From the UHGV virus genome UHGV-1356687: 41,977 nucleotides of DNA, one strand, 5' to 3'. The translations under genes were made by a program, and so were the position numbers. Positions 8,060 to 18,466 of this stretch are shown one piece after another (position 1 is the stretch's first letter; each line of letters starts with the position of its first letter). This DNA comes from a virus. Below the pieces are notes generated by a model. That model did not search any database. It worked only from the letters and a program-made list of their open reading frames with translations, and was not told the DNA's origin.

Positions 8060-8421
8060 CATTACCTATTTTACAAGTGGCACAGATACTTAATGAAGCA
8101 CACCCAGAAGTCAACTGGTTTACTAACGAAGTACCAAATGAATTTGTATCACTTCCTAAGTTGCCAGTAGGTAGAATCACAGAGCTAGACATGGACTATC
8201 ACGCATACGCAAGTGCAGACCCAAATTATTACACAACCTATATCCAAGTTGATTTGTGGGTTGAAGATTTGACAATGCTAGATAAATACTATCTAGCAAT
8301 TGATAAGACAATGCGTGCTGATAACGTACAATGTTCATTTAGTACACAGACATATGAACCTGACCTAGAGGGAGCAAGTCGCATTGTGAAGCGTTACGTA
8401 ATCACACAAAGAGTTGTCTAA
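8056..8421 (+). CDS. tail terminator-like protein
   Basis: 121 aa, immediately before the major tail protein. Assigned by synteny. Confidence 0.45.
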   Translation: MTLPILQVAQILNEAHPEVNWFTNEVPNEFVSLPKLPVGRITELDMDYHAYASADPNYYTTYIQVDLWVEDLTMLDKYYLAIDKTMRADNVQCSFSTQTYEPDLEGASRIVKRYVITQRVV

Positions 8422-8499
8422 GTGACACCCTAAAACCAGTTGATTAATGATATAATTATTCTAGTAAGAAAATATAAACACTAAAGGAGAGAAACAATT

Positions 8500-9066
8500 A
8501 TGGCAGTAGTAGGTTTTAAGAAAGCTATTATCAGCGTACCTAAAGCAGAAGGTTCTGGGGTTGATAAATACACAATTGATAAAAGCGGTGGCGGTACTAT
8601 TGAAGCATCAATTCAAGGAATTTCAGCAGAACAAACAACCGTTTATGCGTCAAACGTTCCAATTTGGGTATCAGCTAAAGGAGTTGGAGAGTTAACAGCT
8701 TCATTAAACGTATTTGACTTGTATAAAGACAACGTTTATGAGAAAATTTTAGGTATTGAACGTGGTGAAGATGGTATTGCAATCGTTGGTGAAGATACAG
8801 AAGCGCCTTATGTTTCAGCAGTATTTGTCGCAGACGGTGCAGACGGTAAAGAAATGTACTTTGGTTTAGTTAAAGGACGTTTCAGCCACCCAGAAATCGC
8901 ATTGAATACAACAGAATCTGGTGGTACAGAACCAAACACAGAAACAATTGAAGGTTCATTTGTAACAGATTCACGTGGCTTTGCATACATGAGTGCTGTT
9001 TCAAGCGAAACATTAACACTTGATAAGTTTGTTGACAAAGTAAACAACATTAATCCATTGCCCTAG
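8500..9066 (+). CDS. major tail protein
   Basis: 188 aa with strong RBS aaaggagag. It lies between the neck genes and the chaperone/TMP. It ends ...NPLP* with CCC-TAG. Confidence 0.75.
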   Translation: MAVVGFKKAIISVPKAEGSGVDKYTIDKSGGGTIEASIQGISAEQTTVYASNVPIWVSAKGVGELTASLNVFDLYKDNVYEKILGIERGEDGIAIVGEDTEAPYVSAVFVADGADGKEMYFGLVKGRFSHPEIALNTTESGGTEPNTETIEGSFVTDSRGFAYMSAVSSETLTLDKFVDKVNNINPLP

Positions 9067-9130
9067 TACACCACCTGTGGTAGGACAGGTGACACCAGCA
9101 GACACAAGTGTATCAATTGAATTGACTTAG
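9061..9130 (+). other. putative programmed +1 frameshift cassette at the major tail gene 3' end
   Basis: CCC-TAG 9061-9066, hairpin CACCTGT(ggtagg)ACAGGTG at 9072-9091, and a 21-codon +1 ORF (STPPVVGQVTPADTSVSIELT) to TAG 9128-9130. It is near-identical to 6680-6749. Confidence 0.5.
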
Positions 9131-9157
9131 AAGAGCTTAACGGCTCTTCTTTTTTAT
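9130..9157 (+). terminator. intrinsic terminator
   Basis: AAGAGCttaacgGCTCTTcttttttatt. Confidence 0.55.
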
Positions 9158-9196
9158 TACACTGGTTTCACCAACACCCACAACCATTACTTTTAA

Positions 9197-9205
9197 TGCT
9201 ATAAT
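9197..9205 (+). promoter_or_regulatory. extended -10 promoter (TGcTATAAT)
   Basis: tgctataat 9197-9205. Confidence 0.4.
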
Positions 9206-9240
9206 AACTATAGTAAATAAAATTATTTGGAGGAATAAAC

Positions 9241-9573
9241 ATGGCAAAACAAACAAAATCATTCAGTATTAACTTAATTATTGACGGAAAAAACCGCAAA
9301 ATTACAAAAAAAGGTGTCAAAGTTAAGACAATGCGTAGTATTATGAAGTATTACCGTGATATGGAAAACGTACAAAAAGACATGGCTAATGGTGTAGAAG
9401 TTGACCAATTAGAATTGTTAGATTCAATGATTGTATTATTAGTTGAAATCTTTGAACACCCAGAAGTTACATTTGAAGCAATTGAAAACTCAATTGAATC
9501 TGATGACTTAGTAGACGTTTTAGAAAACATCTTAGGAACTATCATGGGGGTTGATGATTCAAAGGAAGCCTAG
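9241..9573 (+). CDS. tail assembly chaperone (G-like)
   Basis: 110-aa acidic protein between the major tail protein and tape measure. Confidence 0.55.
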   Translation: MAKQTKSFSINLIIDGKNRKITKKGVKVKTMRSIMKYYRDMENVQKDMANGVEVDQLELLDSMIVLLVEIFEHPEVTFEAIENSIESDDLVDVLENILGTIMGVDDSKEA

Positions 9574-9811
9574 AGGACGGTGTAGAAGTTAACTGGGACG
9601 AATCTTTAGAATCACTAAATAAATTATATAATTCATACATGGAAGGTGGTTGGACCGTTAATGATGTTAGCGAAGCTGACTACCTTCTTTTATTGGAATT
9701 ATTCAGTGATAATACTAAAGAGAAAAAAGAAGAGAAACAAGACCCATTAGCATTTTTTGGCACTGTCCTATCACCAACAGACCTAGCAAAAGCAAAAGGA
9801 GAGATTGAATA
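9241..9811 (+). CDS. putative G-T fusion via -1 frameshift near 9552-9570
   Basis: The -1 frame is open from 9552 to TAA 9809-9811. No RBS precedes the internal ATG 9640. A -1 shift around tcAAAGGaa would add about 86 aa. Confidence 0.3.
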
Positions 9812-12800
9812 ATGGCAGACAAAGTTATTGGTAATATGAAGTTTGGTATTGGTGTTGACGGTGTAGACCAGACCATTAATACATTAGACAAATTAAACAA
9901 GTCAATTAAACAACAAGAGTCCGCAATGAAAGCCAATTTATCAGTGTTTGATAAATCAGGACAAAGTATTGAGAAATTGCAACAAAAAGAAAAAGACTTG
10001 GCAACAGCTACTGACTTACAAGGTAAGAAAGTTGAATTACTAAGTAAGAAACGTCAAGACGCTATTGCAAAATATGGTGAAGAATCAAACCAAGTTAAAA
10101 CACTAACAACACAGCTAAACAATGCTAGTGCCAAATACAACGGAATGCAAAAAGATTTGCAAAAAACTACAGCTGATGTTATCAAGTTTGAGAATGGTTT
10201 AGACAAACTAGGTCAAGAAATTAAAGATAACGCAAAAGACTTCCAAACACAAGCCAACGCAATGGATAAAGCTGGCGACAAAATGGGTGCTTTGGAAACA
10301 AAACAGGCTGGTTTAAAACGTCAATCAGACCTAACTAAACAGGCTATTGCTGGTCAAGAAAACGCAATCAAACAATTAACGCAAAAGTTTGGTAAAAATT
10401 CAACAGAAGTTAGCAAAGCTGAACAAGAGTTACAAGGCTTTAAAAAGCAATTAAACAATACAGACAGTGAACTAGATTCAGTATCTAAAGGAATGCAAGA
10501 ACTAGGTAAGTCAAGTGGTGACACTAGTGAAGGTTTAGGACTAGCAAGTAAAGGACTACAAGGTTTAGTTGCTGGTGTTGGTATGGCGGTAGCTACTAAA
10601 GCACTTGATATGATTAGTGATGCTGTTACAGAAGTTGTTGAAAATATTAATGCTGGTATTGAAGCGGTTGACAAATTCAAAGGTGCGTTTGATTGGGACG
10701 CAGAGAGCGCCCAAGCTGTTTCAAGATTAGCTAACCAAATAGTTGCAGAAGGTTATTCAGACGACATCAACGAAGTAGCGGACGCAATGGTGCGTGTTCA
10801 AAATGTAATGGGGGCTGATGTTGCAGACGACGATATGCTACAACGCATGACACGTAACGCAATTGCATTTTCTAAAAATACAGGTGCAGATGTAAACGAG
10901 ACTATTCGCGGTATTGGTAAAATGATGGTTAACTTTGGAATTGACGCAGACCACGCTTGGGACTTGATGGCACGTGGCGCACAAATGGGACTTGACCAAA
11001 CAGACGAACTAGGCGATAACATGGCGGAATACTCACAAGTATTTGGTCAAGCTGGTTTCACAGCAGAACAAACATTTAACATGTTACAAAACGGACTTGA
11101 TAATGGTGCATATAACCTAGACAAAGTCAATGACTTAATCAAAGAAATGGGTCTATCATTAACAGACGGACGTTTCGAGGACAACATAGGTATGTTCAGT
11201 CAAGGTACACAAGAATTGTTTAGACAATGGCAACAAGGTGGAGCAACACAAGCGGACGTTATCCGTTCAATGATTGGTGACTTTAGTGGTATGGAAAACC
11301 AGTATGAAGCATTAAACAAAGCTGGAACAATCTGGTCCGCATTAGGTGAAGATAACAGCTTAAATGTTATCAAGTCATTAAACAATACATCAATGGCATA
11401 TGATAATGTAGAAGGCGCACAAGACGCAATGAACAACGCAATGAGCAACACAACTGGAATGGACGCCTTTAAATCAGCATTAAAAGCATTAGGAAATGAA
11501 ATTGGTATCTCATTGAATCCAATGTTTGGTGGAATGGCAGACGGTATCACAAACTTTACCAAGAAAATTCTACCAATGGTGCAACCAGCATTGCAAAAAA
11601 TGTGGGAGTTTGCACAACCAATTCTTGAAAAGTTAACGCAATATCTTGGTACGTCATTCAAGGTTGCGGGCGACATTATGGGTGTTGTGATTAAGTATAT
11701 TGCAGATGAGTTAATACCTTACATCATGCCTAAGCTTCAAGAACTTGGAGATAGGTTAGGTGCTGTTTTTGATAAGGTAACTAAGTGGTGGAACGAAAAC
11801 GGACAAGCAATAATGGACGCACTTAAAAAGTGGTTAGAATTATTAACACCAATTTTTAAAATTGCAATTGATATTGTAATGATGTTTGTTGATTCAGTAG
11901 TTGGTTTGATTGAAGGTTTCTTTGATGTAATTGAAGGGGCAACAAAAATCTTTAAAGGTATTTTCAACGGTGACTGGAAACAGATTTGGGACGGTATCAA
12001 ACAATTAGTTTGGGGCGCTATTAAAGTAATTTGGAACTGGATAAATCTTTCATTCTTTGGTAAAATATTAAAAGGTGTAAAAGGTTTTGGCGCAACATTC
12101 AAAGGTTCAATTTCTGGAATGTGGGAAGCTGTTAAAAACTTCTTTAAAGGTGGTGTATCAAATGTAAATGGTGCTGTTTCAGGTTGGTTCAGTAATGTAA
12201 CACGCATTGCACGTGACCTTAGAAGTAATGTTTCTGGAACTATTTCATCTCTTTGGAAGGGAATCAAAAACACATTTAGTGGTGGCATTGACACTATTGT
12301 ACGTTGGTTTACTAGTTTGCCAGAACGTTTAGGCGGTGCAATCAGTAGGGGCGCAGGTCATGTTACTGGTGCATTTAAAGGTATTTTCAACAAGGTATTG
12401 AGTGCAATTGGCGGTCCAGTAAATGGTATCATTGGCGGTGCTAACTGGGTGTTAGAAAAGTTTGGCGCACCTCAAATTCCTAGATGGAACGTACCACAGT
12501 ATGCAAATGGTACTGACGGTCACATAGGGGGACCTATGGTAGTAAATGATGGTGGTGGCGCTGAAATGGTAATCGCACCAAACGGTCAAGCAATGATTCC
12601 AAAAGGTAGAAACGTTATGATGAATGCACCAGCTGGAACACAAGTTCTAAATGCCAAAGAAACATCAATGGTATTAGGACAAAAGGGGCGCATTCCATTC
12701 TATAAAAAAGGAACTGGTTTCATGGACGGCGTCCGCAACATGTGGGACAATACCAAGTCGTTTGTTGGTAATGGTATTAACAAGGTAAAACAAACCATTG

Positions 12801-13699
12801 GCGATATTATGGACTGGGTAGGCAATCCGTTAGACTTAGCACGAAATGCAATTATGGGTGCAATGGACTTAGGAGGTCTAACACACGTAGCATTAGACAT
12901 GGCAAAAGGTTTAGGAACAAAAGCTACAACTGCATTTGCTGAAAAAGTTAAAGCCTTATTCAAAAAGAAAGAAGAGGAGGAACGTGTTAGCGGTCCTGTA
13001 GATGGTAACTGGCGTGCATTAGTTATCAAAGCTTCCAAAGAAATGGGTGCAAATGCTAGTGAAAGTGAAATCAATGGTATCTTAGCACAGATTCAACGTG
13101 AATCAGGTGGGAATGAAAAGATTGTTCAAAGTTCAGCAGTGTGGGACGTCAACACAGCAAGCGGAAACCCAGCACGTGGTTTACTTCAATATATCCCACA
13201 AACATTTGACGCATACAAGGTAAAAGGACATGGGAATATTTATTCAGGTTATGACCAATTACTAGCATTCTTCAACAATAGTAACTGGCGTCAAGATTTG
13301 CCTTATGGCAAATCTGGTTGGGGTCCATCTGGTGGACGCATTAGAGGTTATTATAATGGTGGTATTGCAAAAGGTCCACAAATTGCAAAACTTGCTGAAA
13401 ATGGTTATCCAGAATTTATCATTCCAACTGAACCAGCTAAACGAGGAAGAGCAATGGCATTGCTTAACCAAGCTAAACAAGCGTTAGGAGTGAAGGAAGA
13501 ACGCAACACACCTAAGCAAGGAACATCAACAGACTTGGCAACAGTGGTTGCTTTAATGCAACAACAGAACGAATTGTTACAAGCTATCTTAGCCAAAAAT
13601 ACAGATGTGTTATTGGACGGTAAGAAGCTTAACAAGGAACTTAACAACCTAAATAATACACAGCAACGGAACAACAGACGCAATTTAGGTTACATTTAA
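9812..13699 (+). CDS. tail tape measure protein with C-terminal lytic transglycosylase (lysozyme-like) domain
   Basis: 1295 aa with a long coiled-coil N-terminal half. Hydrophobic/Gly-rich stretches lie in the middle. The C-terminal ...QRESGGNE...GLLQYIPQTFDAY... matches SLT-like transglycosylase motifs. Confidence 0.9.
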   Translation: MADKVIGNMKFGIGVDGVDQTINTLDKLNKSIKQQESAMKANLSVFDKSGQSIEKLQQKEKDLATATDLQGKKVELLSKKRQDAIAKYGEESNQVKTLTTQLNNASAKYNGMQKDLQKTTADVIKFENGLDKLGQEIKDNAKDFQTQANAMDKAGDKMGALETKQAGLKRQSDLTKQAIAGQENAIKQLTQKFGKNSTEVSKAEQELQGFKKQLNNTDSELDSVSKGMQELGKSSGDTSEGLGLASKGLQGLVAGVGMAVATKALDMISDAVTEVVENINAGIEAVDKFKGAFDWDAESAQAVSRLANQIVAEGYSDDINEVADAMVRVQNVMGADVADDDMLQRMTRNAIAFSKNTGADVNETIRGIGKMMVNFGIDADHAWDLMARGAQMGLDQTDELGDNMAEYSQVFGQAGFTAEQTFNMLQNGLDNGAYNLDKVNDLIKEMGLSLTDGRFEDNIGMFSQGTQELFRQWQQGGATQADVIRSMIGDFSGMENQYEALNKAGTIWSALGEDNSLNVIKSLNNTSMAYDNVEGAQDAMNNAMSNTTGMDAFKSALKALGNEIGISLNPMFGGMADGITNFTKKILPMVQPALQKMWEFAQPILEKLTQYLGTSFKVAGDIMGVVIKYIADELIPYIMPKLQELGDRLGAVFDKVTKWWNENGQAIMDALKKWLELLTPIFKIAIDIVMMFVDSVVGLIEGFFDVIEGATKIFKGIFNGDWKQIWDGIKQLVWGAIKVIWNWINLSFFGKILKGVKGFGATFKGSISGMWEAVKNFFKGGVSNVNGAVSGWFSNVTRIARDLRSNVSGTISSLWKGIKNTFSGGIDTIVRWFTSLPERLGGAISRGAGHVTGAFKGIFNKVLSAIGGPVNGIIGGANWVLEKFGAPQIPRWNVPQYANGTDGHIGGPMVVNDGGGAEMVIAPNGQAMIPKGRNVMMNAPAGTQVLNAKETSMVLGQKGRIPFYKKGTGFMDGVRNMWDNTKSFVGNGINKVKQTIGDIMDWVGNPLDLARNAIMGAMDLGGLTHVALDMAKGLGTKATTAFAEKVKALFKKKEEEERVSGPVDGNWRALVIKASKEMGANASESEINGILAQIQRESGGNEKIVQSSAVWDVNTASGNPARGLLQYIPQTFDAYKVKGHGNIYSGYDQLLAFFNNSNWRQDLPYGKSGWGPSGGRIRGYYNGGIAKGPQIAKLAENGYPEFIIPTEPAKRGRAMALLNQAKQALGVKEERNTPKQGTSTDLATVVALMQQQNELLQAILAKNTDVLLDGKKLNKELNNLNNTQQRNNRRNLGYI

Positions 13700-13705
13700 A
13701 ACATT

Positions 13706-13736
13706 AAGGCAACCCCTTTACAAGGGTTGCCTTTTG
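13706..13736 (+). terminator. intrinsic terminator
   Basis: AAGGCAACCCctttacaaGGGTTGCCTTtt. Confidence 0.65.
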
Positions 13737-13746
13737 TGTTATAATA
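13736..13746 (+). promoter_or_regulatory. extended -10 promoter (TGTGtTATAAT)
   Basis: tgtgttataat immediately after the terminator. Confidence 0.45.
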
Positions 13747-13771
13747 CTAGTATAGTAAATTATAAAGGAGA

Positions 13772-15859
13772 ATGAAAATGGCACAAAACTATGATTTTTT
13801 GAGAAGCTTTACATTTGACGGTAAAGAAACAAGCCACCTGTTTCAGATAGCAAAAGTAAATGTACCTTTTCTGTCAAAAGATAATGATTTTTACACAGTT
13901 GGAAATACTGATGGTAAACATTTTAGAAATACTAGATTAGGTGAATATGCAATATCAATTGATGGTTTCATTATATCAGACAACAGTGGCATGACTGTAT
14001 CAGAAACCAAAGATGAATTAGTTAAAATTATCAATTCAGACGAACCAAAACGACTTATATTGGACCAAATGCCAGATAGATATTTTAACGCAATATTCAC
14101 AGGGACAGAAGAGTATGACGCTACAGACACAAAGTACACACCTTTTACATTAACCTTTGATGTTCCAGATGCACTTGCCCATCAAGTTGAAGCTTCAAAC
14201 TTTAATAATGTAACAACTAAAAATAGTAATATGGTATTAGATTCAAATTTTGAACGCAAAGACCAATACTATAAACCATGGGCGCAACTTTCACCAGAAC
14301 AGCGGTTTGGTCAAAATGTATTAAGTTGTGATTTTACAGCTGGTATACCCGCATACTATACAGATAACAGTACACCACACCAAGCATGGTTTTTCTATGA
14401 CGCATACAATAGACGTATGAACCTAGATTTAGAGGTAGGTCAAACAGTTGGCTTTCAAGCTAAAGTGCGTATTAACGTAGTAGATAATGAAGTAAGACCA
14501 GATAAAACAGCAGAGCTAATTTTAATGGAATGGGCAGACAATCCAATTAGAAAAACATATACGCATGTTATTCAAATGCCTAATGAGGTAAAAGACTGGA
14601 CATTGTACTTCAAAACAATAACTATCAAAAGTCCTGAAACAACTGGATTATCAATGAACTTTGGTTTGTATGGTGACCATGTGAGCGGTGATATATGTGA
14701 ACCAATGTTTGCGCTTGACACTAAGGCACCAATGACTTATCAAAAATCATTAATTGAATTAAGAAAAGAATTAAAAGTTGTAAACAACGGAACATACAAA
14801 GCCTACCCACGCTTTTCATTCAAGATGAATGGTGATAATGGCATGGTTGGGTTGGTAAACAAAAATGGTGATATTTTACAATTTGGAAATCCAGAAGAGG
14901 TTGACTACACAGAACAGACAAGAACAGAAACAGTACAATGGTTAGACTTTTGGGGTCCAAACCTACCAGAGAACATGGTGCAGAACAGTGGGTTCATCAG
15001 TATATATCCTAATTATCTAGGTAATCCAGATACACCAAACTTAGTTGACGGAACACTGAATATGACAAAAGACGTTGATTCCGTAGTACCAAACTTCACT
15101 GGTGAAAAAACAGATGTTTGGCATGGACCAACCGCAGTTGTACCAATAACTGCACCATCTACAAATGATAGAACATCTGCATTTGTTGCTAATATACGTT
15201 TCATTTTTACAAACTATAAAGACAATCCACCAATGGCACATTTAGAGTTTATGATTGGTGATACAGCTGGAAACCCAGTAATCAATACATTATTTAGAGA
15301 TTCACTATACAGTACAAACCATACAATTATGGAATGTTGGTACATGGGTGAAAAGGTACATGAGTACACATTAGACAAGAAGAAGTTTGGTAATACTAAG
15401 CTAGAAATAAACATTGAACGTACTGAAACCTATATAAAATGGCGCTTAGCAAGTATCAAAGGAATAAATAAATATGATAATGTTGTGGTAGGTGACAACT
15501 ACATTTTCACATACAATGTTTCTGACAAGTCTAATTTAGACAAGTTTGGTTTCTGGTTTAAACAGTATAGTAACTTTAGAGCAAACCAAGTAATGGTAAC
15601 AGACGCCAAACTAAGATGGTTAAACGTTAAGCACATAAAAGATGTACGCAACTATTACAAAGATGGTGACTTAGTAGAATTAGACACGTACTCACGTAAT
15701 GTATACATCAATGGTGCTATCAATAATGAACTGAATGTTGTTGGTAATCAGTGGGAAGCATTTAGACTTGATGTAGGAGAACATGAAATACTACCTTTCT
15801 ATTCATCATGGGCGCTACAACCAGAAGTGAATTGCATTTTAGAACAAACATATCTATAA
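13772..15859 (+). CDS. distal tail protein (Dit), long 'evolved' form with probable carbohydrate-binding insertion
   Basis: 695 aa, directly after TMP. ATG 13778 has the better RBS spacing. It is far larger than a classical ~250-aa Dit, which implies inserted domains. Confidence 0.6.
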   Translation: MKMAQNYDFLRSFTFDGKETSHLFQIAKVNVPFLSKDNDFYTVGNTDGKHFRNTRLGEYAISIDGFIISDNSGMTVSETKDELVKIINSDEPKRLILDQMPDRYFNAIFTGTEEYDATDTKYTPFTLTFDVPDALAHQVEASNFNNVTTKNSNMVLDSNFERKDQYYKPWAQLSPEQRFGQNVLSCDFTAGIPAYYTDNSTPHQAWFFYDAYNRRMNLDLEVGQTVGFQAKVRINVVDNEVRPDKTAELILMEWADNPIRKTYTHVIQMPNEVKDWTLYFKTITIKSPETTGLSMNFGLYGDHVSGDICEPMFALDTKAPMTYQKSLIELRKELKVVNNGTYKAYPRFSFKMNGDNGMVGLVNKNGDILQFGNPEEVDYTEQTRTETVQWLDFWGPNLPENMVQNSGFISIYPNYLGNPDTPNLVDGTLNMTKDVDSVVPNFTGEKTDVWHGPTAVVPITAPSTNDRTSAFVANIRFIFTNYKDNPPMAHLEFMIGDTAGNPVINTLFRDSLYSTNHTIMECWYMGEKVHEYTLDKKKFGNTKLEINIERTETYIKWRLASIKGINKYDNVVVGDNYIFTYNVSDKSNLDKFGFWFKQYSNFRANQVMVTDAKLRWLNVKHIKDVRNYYKDGDLVELDTYSRNVYINGAINNELNVVGNQWEAFRLDVGEHEILPFYSSWALQPEVNCILEQTYL

Positions 15860-15862
15860 GAT

Positions 15863-15891
15863 ACAAAGGGGTTTACACCCCTTTGTTTTTG
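15863..15891 (+). terminator. intrinsic terminator
   Basis: CAAAGGGGTttacACCCCTTTGttttt. Confidence 0.65.
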
Positions 15892-15900
15892 TGTTATAAT
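15890..15900 (+). promoter_or_regulatory. extended -10 promoter (TGTGtTATAAT)
   Basis: tgtgttataat directly after the terminator. Confidence 0.45.
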
Positions 15901-15929
15901 GAGTATATAAATATTTAGGAGGTAATAGT

Positions 15930-17987
15930 ATGGACTTTTACATTACAGATAGGACATTTAAGTTACTAGATATTGTATCAACCAGTGGTGGTACTCAATT
16001 CAAAGTAACATCAACAGAGGATACAATAAGTTTAGCAACTGCAAGTAGACGCATGAGCCTAGATGTATCATTTACACCAGAAACAAGCGCACTTGCTAAA
16101 GATGTATTCAAAGTTGGTAACTACGTTTTGTATAAAGACTTAAATGGTAAACACGAATGGATGACAATTTTAGAATCAACACACAATCCATTGACACAAA
16201 CACGCAGTATGGAATTAGAAGACGCTTCACTAGACCTTTTAAACCAACATGTTGGTAAACACAAGGAAACAAAAGCATTTCCTATTAAATACTATATTGA
16301 AATATTTACATCAAGTAGTGGTTTCAAAGTTGGTATAAATGAAATATCTGGACTAACTAGAGCATTAGAATGGGATTCAGGAGCAACAGCATTGGAACGT
16401 ATTCAATCAGTAGCAACCCAATTTGATAATGCAGAACTTGATTTTAGGTTCACATTTAAAGGTAATGAATTAACAGGTAGATATATTGATATTAAGAAGA
16501 AGCGTGGTACAGATGAAGTACACACACTATATACCAATAAAGATATTAACTCAATAACCACTAAAGAAGATATTTACCAACTGGTTAATGCAATAAAACC
16601 AATTGGTGGTATTCCAGAAGGTAAAGAAGAACCTGTTGACCTAGTTGGTTATAACTGGGTAGACCCTAATGGTCGTTTTTACTTAGATAAGGCAACTGGC
16701 TATATTTACGACAAAGAGAATGTTAAGCACTGGTCAAGAACGCACAACGAATCAAACTATTTTCAACAACAATTAGAGTTTGAAACAACAGCACAAAACA
16801 AGTTGCGTGACTATGCAGTTAAACATCTAAAAGATTATGGAAAACCACTGGTTGCATATGAAGTTGACATTGCCAATATACCTTACAATTTACAAGTTGG
16901 TGACTATATTAAGTTAGTAGATGAAAACGAAAAGTTATATCTAAAATCACGTGTTCAAGAATTGAAATATGATTATACAACAGAGAGTGTTGAAGCACAA
17001 CTAAGTGACTTCGTTGTTTTAGAATCAGGTATTAATGATGATTTAAGAAAGCTAGCGGACCAGATAAATAATAAAGTTAGAAGTATACCACGTGTATTTG
17101 TACAAGAAGAACCCCCAGTAAACCCAAAACAAGGTGATATGTGGTGGGTTGTTGATGGAACAGTACCGCAACCAACCATAGCAAGACTAGGTGACTATGA
17201 AACACGTGAAGTAAAAGAGAACCCAAAAATCGCTTCTTATAAAGTTTGGGACGATTTAAAAACAGAATGGGTTGAACAAACAATTGACCAAGCTGTGCTA
17301 AACATTGAAACATTAAACGCTATCACAATGAACGGTTCTACAATCAATGGTTCTGAATTTTTGAATACATTTAAAGCAACAGTAGCTGGTGAACAATTAG
17401 AAGGGGTATCAACAGTTGCTGGCGGTGAAATGGAAATTGAATACAAGAACTTAACAACGAATAGAACAGGTTCAACAAGGTTGTTTTCACAAGGTTTTGA
17501 TGGACGTGTACTAAACACTGATGGTTCAATTAATCAATATGTAAGCTTAACACCAGCTGGTCTATCATTACAAGATTCATCTGGTCACAGTGGTTTCCTA
17601 ACTGCTGAATTAGTAATGCAATTTGCAAACACTGGACGTAAACTCTACAATGGTCCATCATGGGTTGGTGAAAATGATGTTATAAAACCATCTCTTACTA
17701 TGAGTGATGTTGCAGTAGGTTGGCTTTTTCTTTGGCAACCATATGATACTACAAACGGAAACCCCCTAACATGGGACTATACTTATTTTCTAGTTCCAAA
17801 GGCACATGCTAATTATAATAATGGTAAAGGTATTGTTATGCGACTACAAGGTGCTTCCACTGGTGGTGGTGCAGATGATATTATATTTAAATATGTGTAT
17901 GTTAGTAATAGTGAAATAAAAGGGAGAATACAAAACAGACAGGGTAACGGTGCTAAATGGGTACTAACAGCAGTGTTTTCAGTATAG
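15930..17987 (+). CDS. tail-associated lysin / tail fibre (Tal); C-terminal part is the likely receptor-binding region
   Basis: 685 aa with RBS taggagg. It follows Dit. No separate RBP gene comes before the lysis cassette. Confidence 0.6.
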   Translation: MDFYITDRTFKLLDIVSTSGGTQFKVTSTEDTISLATASRRMSLDVSFTPETSALAKDVFKVGNYVLYKDLNGKHEWMTILESTHNPLTQTRSMELEDASLDLLNQHVGKHKETKAFPIKYYIEIFTSSSGFKVGINEISGLTRALEWDSGATALERIQSVATQFDNAELDFRFTFKGNELTGRYIDIKKKRGTDEVHTLYTNKDINSITTKEDIYQLVNAIKPIGGIPEGKEEPVDLVGYNWVDPNGRFYLDKATGYIYDKENVKHWSRTHNESNYFQQQLEFETTAQNKLRDYAVKHLKDYGKPLVAYEVDIANIPYNLQVGDYIKLVDENEKLYLKSRVQELKYDYTTESVEAQLSDFVVLESGINDDLRKLADQINNKVRSIPRVFVQEEPPVNPKQGDMWWVVDGTVPQPTIARLGDYETREVKENPKIASYKVWDDLKTEWVEQTIDQAVLNIETLNAITMNGSTINGSEFLNTFKATVAGEQLEGVSTVAGGEMEIEYKNLTTNRTGSTRLFSQGFDGRVLNTDGSINQYVSLTPAGLSLQDSSGHSGFLTAELVMQFANTGRKLYNGPSWVGENDVIKPSLTMSDVAVGWLFLWQPYDTTNGNPLTWDYTYFLVPKAHANYNNGKGIVMRLQGASTGGGADDIIFKYVYVSNSEIKGRIQNRQGNGAKWVLTAVFSV

Positions 17988-18001
17988 GAAGGGTGATATA
18001 A

Positions 18002-18289
18002 TTGAAAATTTGGATTAATGATAGAATAGGTTTCTTAACAGGTTATTCAACAGAACCAAACGAAGGACAAATCGCGGTTGATATTGACATTACAACTGCA
18101 AATTCTATGGAAGGTGGTTTGATTGACTTTCATAATTATTACTATGATGGAAAAGAATTGACCAGAAATACAAATAATGATTTCCAAAAGTTTTTAGATG
18201 AAGAAGCAAATAAACCACCAGAACCATCTAAGGAAGAAATGGCTGAAAGACTAGCAAAATTAGAAGCATTACTTTCTGATTTACTATAG
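18002..18289 (+). CDS. hypothetical protein (TTG start), ends with a short coiled-coil
   Basis: 95-aa ORF with RBS aggaaggg 5-6 nt before TTG. It lies between Tal and the lysis genes. Confidence 0.35.
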   Translation: MKIWINDRIGFLTGYSTEPNEGQIAVDIDITTANSMEGGLIDFHNYYYDGKELTRNTNNDFQKFLDEEANKPPEPSKEEMAERLAKLEALLSDLL

Positions 18290-18291
18290 TT

Positions 18292-18321
18292 AAAAACACC
18301 TCTAAAAAGAGGTGTTTTTAT
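18292..18321 (+). terminator. intrinsic terminator (symmetrical A-run/T-run)
   Basis: AAAAACACCTCtaaaaaGAGGTGTTTTT. Confidence 0.65.
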
Positions 18322-18375
18322 TTGCGTTTTAATGCATAATCACCTTACTTTTAATCTGAAAAACGCTTAGAATCG
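18302..18375 (+). repeat. ~70-bp direct repeat copy A (before lysis cassette)
   Basis: tttatttgcgttttaatgcataatcaccttacttttaatctgaaaaacgcttagaatcgtcctgtgaa is repeated at 19976-20045 with about 8 mismatches. It contains the inverted repeat GCGTTTT...AAAACGC. Confidence 0.6.
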
Positions 18376-18407
18376 TCCTGTGAAGCACACTATTTCCCTT
18401 ATTTAAA

Positions 18408-18421
18408 TGCTATACTATAAT
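18408..18421 (+). promoter_or_regulatory. extended -10 promoter (TGcTATACTATAAT) for the lysis genes
   Basis: tgctatact / tataat overlapping -10 boxes at 18408-18421. Confidence 0.4.
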
Positions 18422-18466
18422 AGTAGCTGAAAGGCGGTGATTATAATAAGATAGGGAGATGTAGGC

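Noticed and set aside
9640-9811. Independent small ORF (57 aa) before TMP
   Set aside because: It has no RBS. It is in the -1 frame relative to the chaperone gene, exactly as expected for the T portion of a G-T frameshift product.
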